From positions 124,001 through 188,000 of the forward strand of contig VJWM01000025.1 in NCBI GenBank assembly GCA_010909165.1: a stretch of DNA of 64,000 nucleotides. The letters are read 5' to 3'. The first letter of the stretch is position 1. Each line of letters opens with the position of its first letter. A program made the position numbers and the translations under genes. Under the pieces are notes generated by a model. That model saw nothing but the letters and a program-made list of their open reading frames with translations. It ran no database searches and had not been told where the DNA came from. Positions 34,258-47,500 of this stretch are shown here, piece by piece. Origin of the DNA: Anthoceros angustus. Its lineage: Eukaryota > Plantae > Anthocerotophyta.

Positions 34258-37200
34258 GGAAACGGTGATCTAGTGGCACCCTGGCCAGCAGTTGGTGTAG
34301 AGTGCCACCCTACCGTGGCCAACTGTTGTCGCGCAAGGTACAAAACGTATGAAACCGACGCTCGTATGTTTGAGATTTTAAGTAGGCAGCTGTGGAAGAC
34401 CACATGTACACTAATCCCTCTCTGAAGTGTCGGGATGAACGATTTTTTTTGTTTTGGGTGTGTTTGTATAGCAAAGTGCTTTGAGAATCGCCTGGGTAAG
34501 GCCTTTTATACGGGAATGGTCCTTGACCCTTGGTGATAATAATTTTCTTTTTTTCGGACCTTAGGTTTCGACCTTGGATAGGTAGGTCGGAAATAGAGTC
34601 CTTGGGTTTTGGTGATTTTTGGAATATGAGGTGTCTATGTATGCTAGAACGCTCACAATATGCCACAGTTGGGTAGTCAAGTGGGAGGTGGCAGTTCCAC
34701 CACGGTCAAGAACGGACGATGCACTGTGGGAGTTTACAACCCTAGTGGCGGAGCGGGCCGCGCCCGGAGCGCAATCGAGAAGGACACACCAAAGACCGCG
34801 AGGTCGCGACCTGTGCCGACGCCGGAGTGAGGCAGCAGCCGGGGCGCACATGCAACCGCTACCGGGCCGAGCCCTCTTGCATAGAAGGCGCACGCCGCCG
34901 AACGCGGGCGGGCGGGGAGGAAGGAAACCAGGCGGGCGGTAGCGAAGGAGGAAAGAGGCGAGGCAAGAGCGCCAACAAGGGAGTGGAAGAAGCGTGCAAG
35001 GGTGGTGTTCCTTTTCTCACCGCGCAGTGGGTCGAGTTTCTTTTGGGAAACAAGGAGGAAGGAGATGGCGCCCGAGCCGCGAAATCCTCACGCTGGCCCA
35101 ACATGGACCCTTTGGAAGGTGAGAGCAGGTGTGAGCCTCGGAATTTATGGAGAAGAAATGGTGTTCTGACATTGGTGCAAGAGTGCGCCAATTGAGAACC
35201 AGTCGCAAGAGGCGGCGGAGGAAGAGGCCGCAAACTGGATTTGGGGCTCTTCGAGCGGTGTGAAGCATCGAGGATGGGAGCTTGGTAATTGACCCCGGAG
35301 AAAGAAGACCACGAGGCTGCGGCGCTCATGAAGCTGGAGAAGTGAGGGTGAACAATGGATGGGTGACTCGCCAACTCGTGTTCACGGGTGGGATTAGCCA
35401 AGTGGATTTTGTGTTTCTGAGCGGAAGTTGGATCATATGGCGGACCACTTCTGGTCTTTCTTCATGAGGTGGTTAAGGGTACACAAATCGATTGGGGAGG
35501 ATGATCTTTGAAAGAGCCTGTGAGAAGAATTTGCTCTCCCCTTCCCCTCGGCCCTCCTTGATTTCACCTTTTCTAATTCATGTATTCGCATTCCGGGTGT
35601 CTAACGGAGTTGGAAGCTGTGTCTGCCCTTCATAGCTGGAAACCGGTCAGGGAACTCAAGGTAGAGGAGGAGGAGTGTAAGGAGGATTCCGGGAAGGATT
35701 CTAGCAGTTGGGAATGCGCCTCCCTAGAAGATTCGGATGAAGGTGGGGAGGTTTCCAAGGGCAAGAAGCGGAGGGCGGCGACGAACGGGGTCAAGAAGGA
35801 AGGACACAGCAGAAGAGGAACCTGACTACACCTAGGGTCACCAGTCGAAATCGGCAGCAGAACGGGTGAAGGAGGAGAAAATAAAGGAAGCGACAAGTTG
35901 TCCCCTCGTGGAGGAGTCGCCGCTAGGAGAGATTGGAGGCGGAGGAGGCGGTGGCAAACCAACCCCTAGAAGAAGAGGGGTTAGTTTCATAGCCAAGTCC
36001 GCGACGAGCGGACATTTTGGCGACATTTCACCGACCCCTCCAAGTGGAGATAGGTGACACCGCGCGGCGAGAATTGTTGTGGAGGGAATGGGCACGGACA
36101 GCCCAATTGAATCTGCAGCCGACGCCATGGCTGACGCAGCGGATCTCCTCGACCAGGCGACCATGGCTCTCACCGGCCGAGTGTGCACAGGAGAAGTTGC
36201 TCAAGGAAAGTTGGAGGCACAGGCGAGAACAAGGTGGCGAGGAGCGCAGACGGAATGCGGCCCTATGCAAGGCACAGGAGCTAAGGGCCATGTCCACCCC
36301 AGGAGGCCTTAGTGAATCGAGGTCAAGGCGCATGCTACAATTGAGGAGCTTCAAGATGAGGTCTCGCGAGTCCGAGGCGGTGGAAACAATGGCGCCTGGA
36401 GAAATTCAAGAAGTCAAGTGAGAGATACAAGCGAGAGAGATGAAGCTAGGGCCGAGTCAAGAGAGAGGCCAAACCAAGAAAGGCGCACAAGAACGCAGAG
36501 CAAGCAACCACCATGGGAAGTAACCACCACGGTGGCTAAACCGCCACCGTCATGAAGGAGGAACCGAGGTGGGGAAGCCACATGGAGTACCGCAGATGGG
36601 AGGCGGATCCCAAACCAGCCAGCCGGATTGTCCACGGGAGGAGAGGGTAAGGACCGTATCGGCGGTGCTCACTCTAAGCGTGTATGTGGTTGTTGGGACA
36701 GAGGGGCGTAAACCATGGCCGCACATCTTGACCGCCAGTGCGCTACCGCTGTTCCTTCCGAATAGCTGGCGCCTACCCTTGAGTAGTCTTTGGAGGAGAT
36801 GGCGAGGCGGAGGCGAGCATGGAGGGAGGAGCACAGTATGGCATCCGGTGAGGAGGCGGGACAGCGGATGTAGAGGCCAGCGGCGCGCAACGCCCACGGA
36901 AGGCGAGAACAAGGTGGCGGAGGCGAGGTGGAGGTTTTGGGGAAAATCGCTCGGATCGAGGCGTGGCGGCGAGAGGGACTATGGGCCGTAGAGCTAGGGC
37001 AAAGAATCATGAGGCGCAACCGATTTTGCAGCGCGACATCATAGGTCCGGGGTTTCCTTTTGGGGTTAGGGGATAGGGTGTTACGAGGCCGTGTAGTTGG
37101 ATTGGTAGGGGTGCTCGTGGTAAGAGCTACAATTTTAGACATCGAGAGAAGTGAGTCACGAATCAATTTAGATGTATAAGAGACCCTTTGAGTGTCTCTT

Positions 37201-37784
37201 AATGCATTTATTTCGTGTGTGAACTTCCGTATCGAATCCGCGGGTTGATTGAGACGTCGACCGAACGTTCGCACATCGTTTTCTCGTCACAAGAAGACCG
37301 GGAAGATCCCTGGATGGTCGAGAGTGGAGTGGCCAAGCTCCACGTTTGGGACAAAGAATTGGTGAGGGGCGCTACCGGAACGGGGACAAAGGTTGCTGCG
37401 GAAAGTCGGGGTGAGATCGCCGGCGAGTGAATCGCCCAAGTACTGACCGTGCCTCCTCTGTCTCCCTCCTAGGAAGCTGCCCATCAGAACGTGTTTAATT
37501 CTATGAGGGGGGGGTCTGTGTGGCCCGGGGTGAGGTCTGTGTGGCCTGAGAAAGGGGAAGAGAGGGGGTATCCATGTATGGGGAAAGGTTCTTGGCAGAA
37601 GGGGGTGAGCGTGCGTCAGAGGAAGGAAAATGCGCGTTTGAGAAAACGCGAGTGATAGAAAAGGCGGCAAGTGGCGAGGTCGGTGAGGGTCGGCCTGAGC
37701 AGATTTCAGATGGGACGTGGTGCCCACTCGAAGTTCGAGGGCGGACTTCTGTGAGAGAATTAGACCAGTGTGAGTCTAGGTGTG

Positions 37785-40700
37785 TGTGGACTATGGACTT
37801 CCTTGGGGGTAGGAATTAAGTGGGGTTTGTTTTTTGGTAGGTTGGAATAGTAAAATAAGGCGAAAAGGAGAAATAAGCACGGATGGCGCTCGACTGGCTC
37901 GAGTATACTCCGGACCGAGTGAACAGCGTGCCGGAACCACCATGGCAAGACACACGCTGGTATAATCGATAAGTCCGGACCCCACTCGGTCAAAGCAGGA
38001 TAATGCGAAAGTAACTTAGAAGTTGAGTCGTGAGGACAGACTAAGCGGCGCCACGTGGACGGACTGAGTGGAGGTCGGGCATCGGCGAGGCATGCTTTGC
38101 GAGGGGCCGTTATAGCAGTATTCACGCCCGCGCGCGGGCGGCGTGCCAGACGCTGGCGGCGTAAGGCCGAGTAAGCGGGCGTAAGGCCGAGTAAGTGGCG
38201 GCGTAAGGCCGAGTAAGCGGGCGTAAGGTCGCGGTAAGTGCTGGAAGGCGATTCTGACAGGAAGAGGCGCCTTCCCGCGGCATTCTCCCAAGGCGCGGTC
38301 GAAGAGGAAGGTCATTTCGCTCAGCGACCTCGAGACAATTCTCGCCCGCAACCCGGCTCTGGCGCTATCTCTTTGGCGCCCGAGGCATCTTCGAGCGGCT
38401 CACTGGCCGGGTTGGAGCTAACGCGAAGAGGGATCGTGTCGGCCGCCGCCAGCCAGCCACAGCAACAAGGGAGAAGAAGGCGATGGCACCAAAAGGCTCG
38501 GAGGTGGGAGCCATGGAACCTCGTGAAAGCGCAAGATTGTGACCCGCGCTATCCGGACTTTGGGCCCCGGCCGGAGGAAGCGGGGAATTAGTCGAGGAGT
38601 GGCACGGATGTGTTCCAGTCGCCCGGACGCTCGACAACACACCGGGTCCGGGAGTTCGCCGGAAGATGTTGGTGGCGGCCAACAAGGAGGTTCGGTCAAG
38701 AACCTCCGGGAGGACGGCGATGGACCTTGGAGGTCCGAGGCGGCCTACAATCGCCCAAAGGAGGAAGAAGGGGCGTGGTTCAGCCTCAAGGCGAGGAAAG
38801 ATAGGGCCAGCAATGCCGTGGCGATGCCGAAGCTCGAACGCAGCTGACAACCAACGGTGGTTGATGCTCAGGCCGGAGCCAGTAAGGCGGTAGTCGGATC
38901 ATTGTCCATTGGAACACTGCTCACCAAGGTGGATCACCTTGGTGATAACTTGCTGGTTCTGCATGCGCGCGCCGGGAAGAGGCGGTGGCGAAGGATTATC
39001 TTCGCCCGGTTGCCGGGAGGTCGCAAGCTAAGGGCGAAGCCCTCGCCATCCGGGCATCCCCATTCTATGGGGACATTTCGAGCTCCCAAGGAGGAGAATC
39101 GGCGCCCGAAGGGGCCGGAGGTGGCGGAGCGTGCAAGGCGCGAGGTGGGGGCCGACCCTCTAAGGCCAAAGCGGACCCGGGAGGAGGACGATCGGAGGAT
39201 CCGACTCCATACGTGAACGGACCCCTCACCACCAGTATGGGAGGCAATCCCGCCTTCCCCTCCCGGTGCTCCCGCAAGGCAGACCCTGACCCAGCTAGCC
39301 CGGCCAGCCCCTTGGCCGAGGCCGACCAAGTGAACCGAAGAGGCGCAAGGCAATGTTTTACCAACGCAAAGACCTCGGACGGTGCACTCCCCCGCCTACC
39401 TGAGTGGCAAGAAGCTGGAGAGGCTGGTAGGAGGGCGAAAGGGACCGCCCAAGGCGGGAGGTCACCGGGCGCACCTTGCACTTGGAGCAGCCTGCCTCTC
39501 GGTGAAGAGGCAAAGAGCTTGCTCCGGACCCCTCACCTCCTCGAGGCCCAGGAGAAAGAGGCGGAAAGGAGCTCGGCCAAAAGGGCCAAGGAGGTGAGCT
39601 CGGACCTCACCACTCCGGACTGAGGTCTGATTAGGTCCGAGAACCCAGTCGGACTTACTCAGGAGACACCTCGAGAAGATAGGGGGCGGGCCTTGAAGGA
39701 GGAGTGGAAGGAGGAAGTCCAACCGACCAACACAAGGGTGGTCGGTGGAAAGGATCGAGACCTAGCGAGATCCGCATGGGGGTCCGGGCGTGAAGACCGG
39801 ACCGTGACAAGTTCGGACCTTGAGGTCCGAACCTAGAGATGAGACCGGACCAGACCGGGACTCGGGAAGAGGCGACTCAGCTCGGGAGTCGAGGCCGGAC
39901 CCGAGGTCCGGGACTCGAAATGAGGAGTCCCTTGACTTACGTTGGGGACCAGACGGTCGGTCCCACCGGACGGGGACCCACTGGGAACGGAAGCACGTGG
40001 TGGTAGCTGGCCGCCGCACCGCCGCCGTAGCCCAACCCGACAGTGATTCCGGAAGAGGAAGGGGTCGCCTCGCGGATCATCCGATTGCGCCGCAAATCGC
40101 CGTGCCGGAGATTGGGCCACCAATCCGGCGGAACCAGGACCTTCCTGCCCCACCGACGAAGGAGATAGGAGGAGGAATAGGATGGTAGGCGGCCGATTAG
40201 GCCGAGGAGCCGCCACCGTAATAGGGGTGTAAAAAGGCCGACCGGCGTAGTATAAGAGAGGGCCTGGTCAATATCTTCCTTGGTGTTGATGCCGCTGCCT
40301 GCGCACTTGTGTCTTCTTGCTAACGTGAGTCCCGAGTCACGAAAGGTGCACGCCCGGAGATTGATGGTCCCGTGACGGACCTAACGTGTTGTGGTGTGTG
40401 CGGGGAAGGGTGGCGGGCGTGAGGCCGGGACTCGGGAGTCGAGGCCGGACCCGGGAGGAGGGACTCGGGAGGCGTGAGGCCGGGACTCGGGAGTCGAGGC
40501 CGGACCCGGGAGGAGGTCCGGACGTAACCCGCCTTTTTCTAAGACCGATAAGTGTAGTGTGAGTGGAGAGAGGAGCGGACTAGAGGTGCGGTGGCGAGCG
40601 TGAGCGATCTGAGACGTGACAGGTCCTTAAGCGTTTAGCCACGGGCACTGCGGTGAACGTTGCGTGTTAGAGGCGTGAATGTGTGCGTTGGCGAGCGGAC

Positions 40701-40799
40701 GCAAAGTGAAGTCATGCAAGCGGCAGCAGACCTCATTCCCTTGAGGAGCGGACTCCTTCCTACGACGGGATTGTGCGGCGCCGGTCGTGTCGCGCCACA
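37785..40799 (+). repeat. 5' LTR (~3.0 kb) of the gypsy element
   Basis: Starts TGTGGAC and ends GCCACA (TGTGG/CCACA inverted ends). 37785-38010 is homologous to 63783-64000. Followed by TTT + TGGCGCTGCCGGGAA. Confidence 0.75.
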
Positions 40800-40802
40800 T
40801 TT

Positions 40803-40817
40803 TGGCGCTGCCGGGAA
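40803..40817 (+). promoter_or_regulatory. Primer-binding site, tRNA-Asp-like (Athila type)
   Basis: TGGCGCTGCCGGGAA resembles TGGCGCCGTTGCCGGGGA and lies 3 nt after the LTR end. Confidence 0.65.
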
Positions 40818-43800
40818 TGAAATCGCCCAGCAAGCGTGGATGCGTGGAGGCGTGAGGTAGTTAAGGGCAATTCTGAGAGAGTCGGACGCCAGATCGCCGA
40901 GCGCCCGAGCGCAGTAACGTGAGAGACGACGAGCTCGGCGAGGACACCACCAATGTAAGCGGTGGAGTTGTCGATCGTGAGGAGGAAGTAGCACCAAGTC
41001 GGTGGTAAGGCGGTTCCTCAACCCTTGCCGATCAGCGGCGATGGCAACAACGTCGACCAAACAAGCGTATTCCCTCTTTGGAGGTAAGAAGGAGAGAGCC
41101 TGAAACCTTCGTGGAGGATGTCGCGGCTTCAACGAGAAGGTTCGATGCGCAGCTCATCCAAATGTTCCCGGGTCCAAGGGGACAGGGCTCGGTATCGGAA
41201 TACCGACCCGTAACTCCCCCGCAACCTTGAAGCATTGAAGGATGCCTTCTTAGAAAGATTCCGTGGAATTGATCAAGAAGGCTACGTCTTGTCAAACTCG
41301 AGAACACAGGCGAGGCAAGGCGGAGAAGTTGGGATCGTACATCGAGCGGTTCTCGCTCTTGGGACCGGCACCCACTCACACTACCATGCGGTGATGCGTT
41401 GGTTCGCGGTGGCTTATCAAGCCAATGGCTACACGGGGCCGCTGGCAGAGAAGGATGTGAGCAAGGCGGTCCGGGCGGCGGAGAACTATGAAGAATCGAT
41501 GCACCAACGACGGCCGAGGACGCCTCCAGGAGGAAAGAAGAAAAAGAAGAAACGGGGGTCGGACTCCGAAGATGAAGAACCCTCGGAAGAGGAGGATGAT
41601 GAGACCGAGGTAGCATCGGAGGAGGAGGAAGAGGACTCTGAAGAAGAATCCGAGGATGTCATGGAAGAAGAAGAACCCCGCCGAAGAATTAAGAAGAAAA
41701 AGCCCGTAGTCAGGCGGAGGGTGGAGAAGAAGGAGGTCATGATGCCCGCAGACGAGAGGTCCACCGACCCAGCCTTTGAAGGAAGTAGCGGGGCTGAGGG
41801 AAGATCTGGAACGGGTAATGAAGAGGGTGGAGGAGTTGACGATCAACCAGGTGAAGGATAAAGAACGGCGTAAGGCGGCCACCACGGTCCGGACTCATCT
41901 GTGGTGTGCGGTGTGTCACCAACATGGGCATTCGAAGGCTAACTGCCCCTCCAGACCCGTGAACCAGGTGGAGTATGACTACGGGGAAGAGTCTGAGGAA
42001 CAGTGGGAGGATGCATACCAAGTGCAAGAAGCACCACCAGGGCCGCGGTATCCCAGGACGATGTACCCTACAGCAGCTGGTCCATCTGTGCATCGACCTC
42101 CGGCAAGACGCATGGGAGCCCCTCGAGAATTCTCGTGGCGTGGTCTCATTGAACTGGGAACCCGGGCACTACTCCAACGTGCGTCCATACCCCACTCGGC
42201 AAGGCAGGGACTTTGAGCGCTGTGGAGATTATGGCGGGGCACATGGCGGGCGGTACCTTGTGTCCAATCCTCGTTCGAGGCGGTGCTACGCCACCCCACT
42301 GGAGCTGACGCCACGCCCTCCCTAAGGCGCGCACAAATTGAAGACACAGTGGCATCGGAGGAGGAGGAGGAGGAGGAAGAGGAGGAGGAGGAGGAGGAGG
42401 AGGAAGGCGGACTGGAGGTCTTGGAAGTGTCAACCCGAAGCCGCCGAAAGGAGCGAAAGGAAAGGAGACAGTTTAAGAGGAAGAAAAATGGGGATAGCCC
42501 AACGGATACGGAGGACGGAACACTGCAAGGAGGAACCCGCCAAAAGGAGGAGGAAGAGGACTCGAAGAAGAAACCAAAACCACCGGAATGTCGGAGAAGC
42601 GGACTCACCCAAGGCAACACCGCTTCCACGGATGTGGTCAGAAGTGGAGATGCTTGAGGAAGAAGAACCGACAGACCTGAGTGGTCCGACCACCAGGCGG
42701 TGGCAAACCGGAAGGGTCAAGGCGACGTGACGCAAGGAACCACCGCCTTTCAAGGTGGCCGACTTGATGATGGACCAACAACACTTGGTGTCCCTTAGGC
42801 GATTGTTAAAGACAACCCGTATCGGCGAAGTCAGGAGGCCATCGAGGAGACACAACCGAACTCCTTGGCCCGGAAGGGCAAGAACGTGGAGGTAAGGTAG
42901 TATCTCATACGGACCCCGGGGCGCCAGTGGTTCAGGTAGAAATTGCGGGGTGTGTGATTAAGAACGTGCCCCTGGACACGGGGTCAGGAGTGAACCTCAT
43001 CACGGAGGCCACCGCAAGACGGGGGTTCACCGCCTTGAGCCATCCACCAAAACCCTCAGGATGGCGGACATGTCACGGCGCGCGCCAGCGGGGGAGTTGT
43101 CCGGAGTCCAAGCCACCATAGCGGGAGCCCCTATACATTAGATTCACATCGACCACGGACCTCGGGGTACGAGGTTGCTAGACTGGCCGGGACTCGCTCG
43201 AGACAAAACTACACTTGGAAGGAAGGAAATACACTTCAAGCCGGACTGGGATCCAAGGTGAGGAAGGGCGGTGGCGATTACAGGTAAGGACACATCTTGT
43301 GGTGAAGCAATAAGCACCATGTAGGGTACACCTCCGCCGAAGACAGTGGGGATGATGAGCGCGAGGATCCGAATGAGGACTACCCTTTTCCAAAAATCTC
43401 GTGGTCCGAAGAAGAAATGGACTACAGGAGGGACACTTTCGGAGTGGAGGTGATCGATTGCTTCAAGTGGAAGTCCTGAGGATAAAAAGGCGGGGAACCC
43501 ACCGGATGAGGAGGACCCCGAAGAAGTGACCCGGTTCACCTCGCATTTAACTCTTCCGAGAGTGGGGAATGCGTGAAGATGAACCGGGGAGGATGATGGC
43601 TTTGAAGGAAGCGGCGAGGAAAGAGGCGGTCAATCGGCGATGTGGAAGGCGTGGAGGTTCGCCTGTGGAAATTCCTAAAATTCCGCAAGGTATGCCATCG
43701 AGTGAAACAAGACCTCACCACGATTGTTGGGGGAAATGAGGTGTTGCTTCAAGGTCACGGACATGAAGGGCATTCAAAAAATAACACCGGATAGATCGAA

Positions 43801-44566
43801 GCTGAGCGTGCTCGATTAGGCAAGATAAATCAATCCCAAGCACTCGCTCAAGGTCAAGGAAGTCTGGATAAATGTCAGGCGGACATCATCTTCCCAATCG
43901 TGAATGGAATGGGTGGCGCCCATTGTTGTCGTGCCAAAGAAGCAGGCGATGATTCGGTCCGAGATGGAGAAAGCTTAACGCCGCCACTGAGAAGGACCAT
44001 TTTCCCATGCCCTTTGTAGACGACATACTGGACAAGGTGGCGTGACGAGTACCTACTCCTTCTTGGATGGCTACTCGGCTACAACCATGCACCTAAGGGA
44101 GCCTGATCGATAAGACAACGTTCACCACGGAGTGAGGCGTTTGCCTAAGCAAGCGCCTTGGATGGCAGAGCACCGGATCATTTATGCGGATGGTGACCAA
44201 CGTCTTCCGGGATTTTCTGAGGGACTTCATGGAGGTGTTCTTGGACGACTTCTGCGTGCATGGAGAAGAGGACAAACACGTTGGACATCTGCGGAAGTGC
44301 TTGGAGCGTTGTAAGGAGACTCAACTGTGCCTGCATCCGGAGAAATGCTACTTCGGTATGACAGAGGGAATCTTGTTGGGACACCGTGCCTGAGAGGATA
44401 GAGGTGGATCAAGACAAGGTGAAGGTCATTCTCCCGCACCGCCACGAACTTGAAGGAGTTACGGGGATTCCTGGGCATGGTGGGTTACTATAGGCGTTTC
44501 ATCCAAGACTTTGCAAAAGCGGGCAGCTACAACTGAAAGCTACCAGAAGGAGGAAGAATGGACCTG

Positions 44567-47500
44567 TAACAATATTATATAGATTATGTAGAAATAAATC
44601 ACATCATTAAGTAATTACATTGTATCTCAAGAAAGGGGTTAAAGTGCTTATGCGTAAAAGACAACTTAAACTAAATGTGAAAAGACATAACGTTTCTCAA
44701 GCGACGTAAACCTAATGAACGGTCATGTACTATAGCTTTAACTAAAATACAACCCTAATCATGACTCCAACACATCTATTCTGTTACTCCCACTTGTTGA
44801 TCATGATTTCTGAATTGTACAGTCCTCCGAGTCTGCTGCAGGCTGCCCGTGGAACTGGAGTTCAGCTGGTGTATTGATTCTTCTAGCGCCATAGCCCGCT
44901 ACTCTTGTAACTGGTTACGCCCCAGCTTCTAGCCATATCTGAGCAAGATGCCTTGTTCCAGTGTGAAGACGGCACAAATGAGGTGCGCCTTCCTCTTAAC
45001 GCTTGCATACTTCCTAAGTCTCTTACTCTCGAGGTGCTAGAGCGCAAGACGCGCCACCATGTCTCCGCCCTCGCCGTAGTCCGGCTTGCTCTCGCCGAGC
45101 TCAACCTCGTGACGCCCAGGCGATTTGCGCACCGGAACAATCGCCCAAGTGAGCTCCGCTGCAAAGCCGGCAAAGAGAGGAAGAGGACGCCCAAGGGAAC
45201 CAAAGGTGTCTTAGAGAAAGAAGAGCCGCGGTGACAAGTCCGTGAAGAAGCATCCTGCTCAGCCGAGTACCGATTCAAGATGAAGCTCACCTCACCGCCT
45301 CGAAATTTCCTAGGCCCAACGATTATCTACGGAGACTAAACCGGTGAGTTATGCAACTCTTGCTCGTCCTCAAACGCAACTGCAAGACCTGCGACTATGG
45401 AAGAGTCGAGATCATCATGAAGCGTGTTGATGTGCGCCGCGCCTACCAGTGGCACGCTAAGCATATATCGTAAGTCCCTTTGCCGCTTTACATCCTGCTG
45501 TTTCCATTTATGCTAACCAAGCCTTAGCCATCAATTGCTAACTACTCCCACTGTCTCCTGAAGGTTCCAACTTGAGGATCGAGGAAGAGGCAGACCTTGA
45601 AACAGAGGAGAGGATTTCCTATGAAGAGCGTAGGAAACGTAATTCTCCACGGTCTGATGAGAGCTTCTCATCTGTTAGCGACTACGGAAAAGATTCATAT
45701 GAGGATGAATCTGCCTCAGAGTCTTTACAGTCTGGAGAGGAAGTTGACTTCGGTTACTCCTCAGATCCTACTTTTGACTCTGGTTTTTAGGTTTGCTTGG
45801 ATTAGACTTTGTTGGTAGTTGAGGTCAAGAACTCGCTTGAGTCCCCAAGCCCCAAACTCGAACATGTTTGTTGTGAGCTCGGTGAGAGCCTTGGTAAGTA
45901 TGTCCGCAGGATTGTCTTGAGTCGGTACATATTGCGTTCAATTTTTCCTGTTGTCACGGACCTCGATGTAGTGGTATTCGACCTCCACATGTTTCGTGCG
46001 TGCATGAAACACCGGGTTCTTAGCAAGTGACATGGAACCACGATTGTGTGTTAATTGTCGCATGTGGGAATTGGTATACCCAAGTCCCTGGAAGAGTAAC
46101 TTGCACCACACAATTTCTTTAGCTGCGTCGGACTCTATACTTTCTGCTCGAGGATAAAGCCACGATGGGCTGTTTTTGCTCGACCAGCGGTCCTCCAAGA
46201 ATCGATATGACATAGCCGAGCAGATTTTACGCCAATATCACCGATAGTCGAGTCGTAAAAGACTTGAGGTCTAGGGTTTTCCTTCTCATGTTTGTATCGA
46301 TGCCCATGTTGGTGTGCCTTTTAGGTATCGGAAGACACGTTTCAAACTAGTCCGATGTTCTTGACTGGATTCTCCAAGAATTAGAGTACGCTTGTGGTGT
46401 AGGCAACTTCTAACCTTGTTGTGTTGAAGCATATATCAACTTCCCAACACCGCCTGTAAGGAATTCCCTCATATGTTCCTTTTCTTCTTGTGTTGAAGGG
46501 ACATGAGCTTGCTAAGCCTCGATCCTGTGGGCATGGGTGTTGCGGGTTTGGCATCCTTGAGGCCAAGTTGCTCTGCACTTTCTAGGAGATATCTAGGCTA
46601 TGTAAGCGTCATAATCCTAGCCTACCTGTTTCTTTGTATGTGTATACCAAGGTAGCTATGTAAAGGTCCAAGACTGGACATTTTGAATCTCTTAGCGAGC
46701 ATGTCTGTTATCTTCTTAATAAAGTCCTGGCTGTTGCTTGACAGAATCAAGTCGTCAACGTATACTGCCAGGTAACAGATTACATCTTCTTTTCTGTAAA
46801 TGTAGAGGCTATCGTCTGCAAGGCTTTTAGTGAAATCTAGGGCTTGGAGTTCTGAGTCCAACTCTGCATTCCACTTCATAGCAGATTGTTTAAGACCATA
46901 CAGACACTTGATAAGTCTGCATACATGGTCCTCTTTCCCTTCCACCTCAAATCCAGGAGGTTGCTGCATGTATATCTCTGTGTCCAGCTTTCCATGCAAG
47001 AAGGCGTTTAACCATACATTTGCAGTTCATAATCATTGTATGTTGATCTGCAAGGAGGACGAGTGTGGCTAGTTTTACAACGGGAGCGAAAGTCTCTAAG
47101 TAATCAAGTCCGAGAATCAGAGAATCCTCTTGCTACTAGCCTAGCTTTGTACATCAAAGGTACCATCATTTCACCTTTAATTTGAAGACCCATTTACAAG
47201 ACACCATTTTCGCGGGGTAATTTTGCTATCTCCCATGTGCCATTTTCTATGAGCGAGTCATATTCTAAGCGTAGCTTTCTCCCACTCCTTGTGATCGTCT
47301 AGTCAACGCCTCGGATAGGTTTGAGGTTCTATAGGATCAAGAGAGGTTGCGTGATTGACCTCACATTATGGGAAGAAGTTCAAGTCAGGCACAATAATAA
47401 TCGGGGTCTTCGTCACGAGTAGGATATCGGACGTGTTCGCTCGAGGTGCTTCATCGGGTTCATCGTATGTCCTCAAGCGTGTCATCATCGTGATCAATCA

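Noticed and set aside
34225-34328. Telomerase RNA gene or HDV-like ribozyme
   Set aside because: On the C-rich strand the pseudoknot lies 5' of multiple repeats rather than 3' of a single template, and the HDV P3/L3/P1.1 core could not be fitted.
41979-42730. Poly-Glu/Ser/Pro/Arg ORFs
   Set aside because: Products of a (GAG)n tract in the frameshifted gypsy gag region.
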